29,239 nucleotides of DNA, from contig JANRJA010000165.1 of NCBI GenBank assembly GCA_033764315.1, positions 1 through 29,239 on the forward strand, written 5' to 3'. The translations under genes and the position numbers were made by a program. The notes below the pieces were generated by a model. It was given only the letters and a program-made list of their open reading frames with translations, did not search any database and was not told where the DNA came from. Shown here piece after piece: positions 27,821-29,239 of the stretch. Every line of letters begins with the position of its first letter. Position 1 is the stretch's first letter. The DNA is from Oculatellaceae cyanobacterium bins.114 (GTDB taxonomy: Bacteria; Cyanobacteriota; Cyanobacteriia; Elainellales; Elainellaceae).

Positions 27821-27895
27821 TGGTCTGAGTGATAGGGATTGAACCTACGACCTCCGGTTCCCCGAACCGACGTGCTCCCACTGCACCACACTCAG
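27821..27895 (-). tRNA. trnP: tRNA-Pro(GGG) with C33
   Basis: TCGGT-TCGGGGA-ACCGG; C1-G72; A73-CCA. Confidence 0.82.
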
Positions 27896-27900
27896 ATATG

Positions 27901-27978
27901 TGGTACACCGAGCAGGAGTTGAACCTGCTAATAACACGCTTATCGGGCGTGCGCGTCCACCACTTCCGCCTTCGGTGC
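27901..27978 (-). tRNA. trnI: tRNA with GAT (Ile) anticodon, C33, Leu-like body
   Basis: CACGC-CCGATAA-GCGTG; D arm GCG-GAAGTGGTGGA-CGC; G1.U72; A73-CCA. Confidence 0.75.
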
Positions 27979-27979
27979 T

Positions 27980-28055
27980 TGGTACTCCCGGTGGGAATCG
28001 AACCCACAAAATCTAGATCCTCGGTCTAGAGCGTCTTCCCTTCCGCCACAGGAGC
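27980..28055 (-). tRNA. trnL: tRNA-Leu(GAG) with C33, short variable loop
   Basis: CTAGA-CCGAGGA-TCTAG; variable ATTTT; G1.U72; A73-CCA. Confidence 0.8.
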
Positions 28056-28060
28056 ATCAG

Positions 28061-28134
28061 TACCCTTGGTGGGAGTCGAACCCACAAAATCTGGTCTCTC
28101 AAGCCAGCACGTCTGCCAGTTGGGTCACAAGGGC
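28061..28134 (-). tRNA. trnL: tRNA-Leu(GAG) with U33, short variable loop
   Basis: CTGGC-TTGAGAG-ACCAG (C31.A39 mismatch); variable ATTTT; A73; no CCA. Confidence 0.78.
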
Positions 28135-28137
28135 AAA

Positions 28138-28213
28138 TGGTCGGGATGGTAGGATTTGAACCCACGACTCCTTGGTCCCAAACCAAGGCTTCTGACCACT
28201 GAATTACATCCCG
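28138..28213 (-). tRNA. trnP: tRNA-Pro(TGG)
   Basis: CTTGG-TTTGGGA-CCAAG; acceptor CGGGATG/CATCCCG; A73-CCA. Confidence 0.93.
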
Positions 28214-28218
28214 ATACT

Positions 28219-28298
<80 letters not shown>

Positions 28299-28300
28299 AT

Positions 28301-28377
28301 TGGTACTCCTGGCAGGAGTCGAACCCGCACATGACTGGTTTTGAGACAGCTGCCTCTTCCGATTGGGCTACAGGAGT
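28301..28377 (-). tRNA. trnL: tRNA-Leu(CAA), short variable loop
   Basis: GCTGT-CTCAAAA-CCAGT; variable CATGT; acceptor ACTCCTG/CAGGAGT; A73-CCA. Confidence 0.85.
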
Positions 28378-28383
28378 GAGACA

Positions 28384-28428
28384 TGGGAGGAATACAGGGG
28401 ACTGCCCCAGGCGACTGTTTACCTCCCA
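28384..28428 (-). ncRNA. non-tRNA structured element embedded in the array
   Basis: TGGGAGG...CCTCCCA 7-bp stem enclosing ACAG/CTGT and GGGG-CAGT-CCCC pairings; no T-loop or anticodon arm. Confidence 0.4.
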
Positions 28429-28429
28429 A

Positions 28430-28501
28430 CTGCCCCGCCAGGGTTTAAACCTGGAACTTCGCTTTCAAAGAGCGAGATGTTGCCAGTTACACCACAAGGC
28501 A
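28430..28501 (-). tRNA. trnQ: tRNA-Gln(TTG)
   Basis: TCGCT-CTTTGAA-AGCGA; U1-A72; G73; T loop TTTAAAC; no CCA. Confidence 0.85.
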
Positions 28502-28507
28502 TTGAAT

Positions 28508-28584
28508 TGGATGCCGAGGCTGGGGTCGAACCAGCATCTCCGTGATTCAGAGTCACAGCGACTTTCCATGTCGTCCACTCGGCA
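28508..28584 (-). tRNA. trnQ: tRNA-Gln(CTG)
   Basis: TGTGA-CTCTGAA-TCACG; acceptor TGCCGAG/CTCGGCA; U73-CCA. Confidence 0.85.
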
Positions 28585-28589
28585 ATGAA

Positions 28590-28664
28590 TGGCTGCCCCA
28601 GCAGGACTTGAACCTGCAACCTCGCGGTTAACAGCCGCTCGCTCTGCCATTGAGCTATAGGGCA
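28590..28664 (-). tRNA. trnN: tRNA-Asn(GTT)
   Basis: GCGG-CTGTTAA-CCGC; U1-A72; G73-CCA. Confidence 0.93.
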
Positions 28665-28669
28665 ATGAG

Positions 28670-28742
28670 TGGGAAGTGACGGGATCGAACCGCCATCTCG
28701 CCGTCTTCAGCGGCACGTGAGCACCAGCTTCACCAACTTCCC
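28670..28742 (-). tRNA. trnF: tRNA-Phe(GAA)
   Basis: TGCCG-CTGAAGA-CGGCG; acceptor GGGAAGT/ACTTCCC; A73; no CCA. Confidence 0.85.
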
Positions 28743-28747
28743 ACAAG

Positions 28748-28835
28748 CGGAGGCTAAGAGAATCGAACTCTTGACGGTATATTTCACCCGCAGGCGTTTT
28801 CAAGACGCTTTCCTCGTCCGTGCCGGACAACCTCC
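28748..28835 (-). tRNA. trnS: tRNA-Ser(TGA)
   Basis: GCGT-CTTGAAA-ACGC; long variable arm; acceptor GGAGGTT/AGCCTCC; G73; no CCA. Confidence 0.85.
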
Positions 28836-28840
28836 CTGTT

Positions 28841-28917
28841 TGGCGAGGACGGAGGGACTCAAACCCCCACTCTTCAGGTTCGTAATCTGAGATGTTGTTC
28901 AGTTACACCACGTCCTC
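28841..28917 (-). tRNA. trnR: tRNA-Arg(ACG)
   Basis: TCAGA-TTACGAA-CCTGA; acceptor GAGGACG/CGTCCTC; A20; G73-CCA. Confidence 0.85.
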
Positions 28918-28922
28918 AAAGG

Positions 28923-29003
28923 CGGAGAGTAGTGGAATCGAACCACAATTGTTCATCCATCTGTTTAGCAAACAGCGCCAACGTCCTAATTGGTTTACTC
29001 TCC
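28923..29003 (-). tRNA. trnS: tRNA-Ser(GCT)
   Basis: CTGT-TTGCTAA-ACAG; acceptor GGAGAGT/ACTCTCC; G73 followed by CCT; weakly paired 12-nt variable arm. Confidence 0.78.
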
Positions 29004-29008
29004 ATGAT

Positions 29009-29093
29009 TGGTAGGTCGGGCAGGAGTCGCACCTGCAACGCAAGAAGCGGCTGTTTTACAGACAGTTGCCCACGCTGATAGGCGAGCCGACCT
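29009..29093 (-). tRNA. trnY: tRNA-Tyr(GTA), non-canonical D/T loops
   Basis: CTGT-CTGTAAA-ACAG; 13-nt variable arm; T loop TGCGACT; acceptor AGGTCGG/CCGACCT; A73-CCA. Confidence 0.82.
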
Positions 29094-29103
29094 ATGTCGA
29101 ATT

Positions 29104-29180
29104 TGGCAGTGCCGACGGGAGTTGAACCCGCAAACGCAGCATTGAAAGTGCTGTGGCTTTACCGATTTGCCTACGGCACC
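29104..29180 (-). tRNA. trnE: tRNA-Glu(TTC)
   Basis: CAGCA-CTTTCAA-TGCTG; acceptor GGTGCCG/CGGCACT; G73-CCA. Confidence 0.88.
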
Positions 29181-29239
29181 AAACTTTGAGATTTCTACAG
29201 CGTGCAAGTTTGAGAAGCTGTTTTTTCAGCCTCCAGGGT

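Overview
Cyanobacterial chromosomal window: HIP1 octamer GCGATCGC is abundant up to ~26410, and psb29, petL and futABC are present. Left to right: the 3' end of an IS5-family element and a MITE, hisA, a divergent alpha-oxoamine synthase + Rieske oxygenase pair opposite an MFS transporter, a DUF2007-like gene, accD, psb29, a STAS anti-anti-sigma factor, an iron-uptake cluster (TonB-like protein, futA, futB, futC, Fur-like boxes), two Uma2 nucleases, a GH57 hydrolase, a 1261-aa membrane-spanning STAND/NB-ARC-TPR-Ig protein, a B12 radical SAM enzyme, petL (absent from the ORF track) and aroB. Three decayed genes follow, then a dense minus-strand array of 26 tRNA genes (26989-29180) that may continue past the window end. 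The array resembles the cryptic trn (L-array) operon of Anabaena PCC 7120, and many of its tRNAs are atypical. Four G34 tRNAs have C33 instead of the near-universal U33. All five Leu tRNAs lack the long variable arm. A GAU tRNA sits on a Leu-like body and two Thr tRNAs on Gly-like bodies. A CAU tRNA has a 27-nt, apparently branched variable region, and several D/T-loop elbows are co-varied. All tRNA folds were done by hand and no database searches were run.
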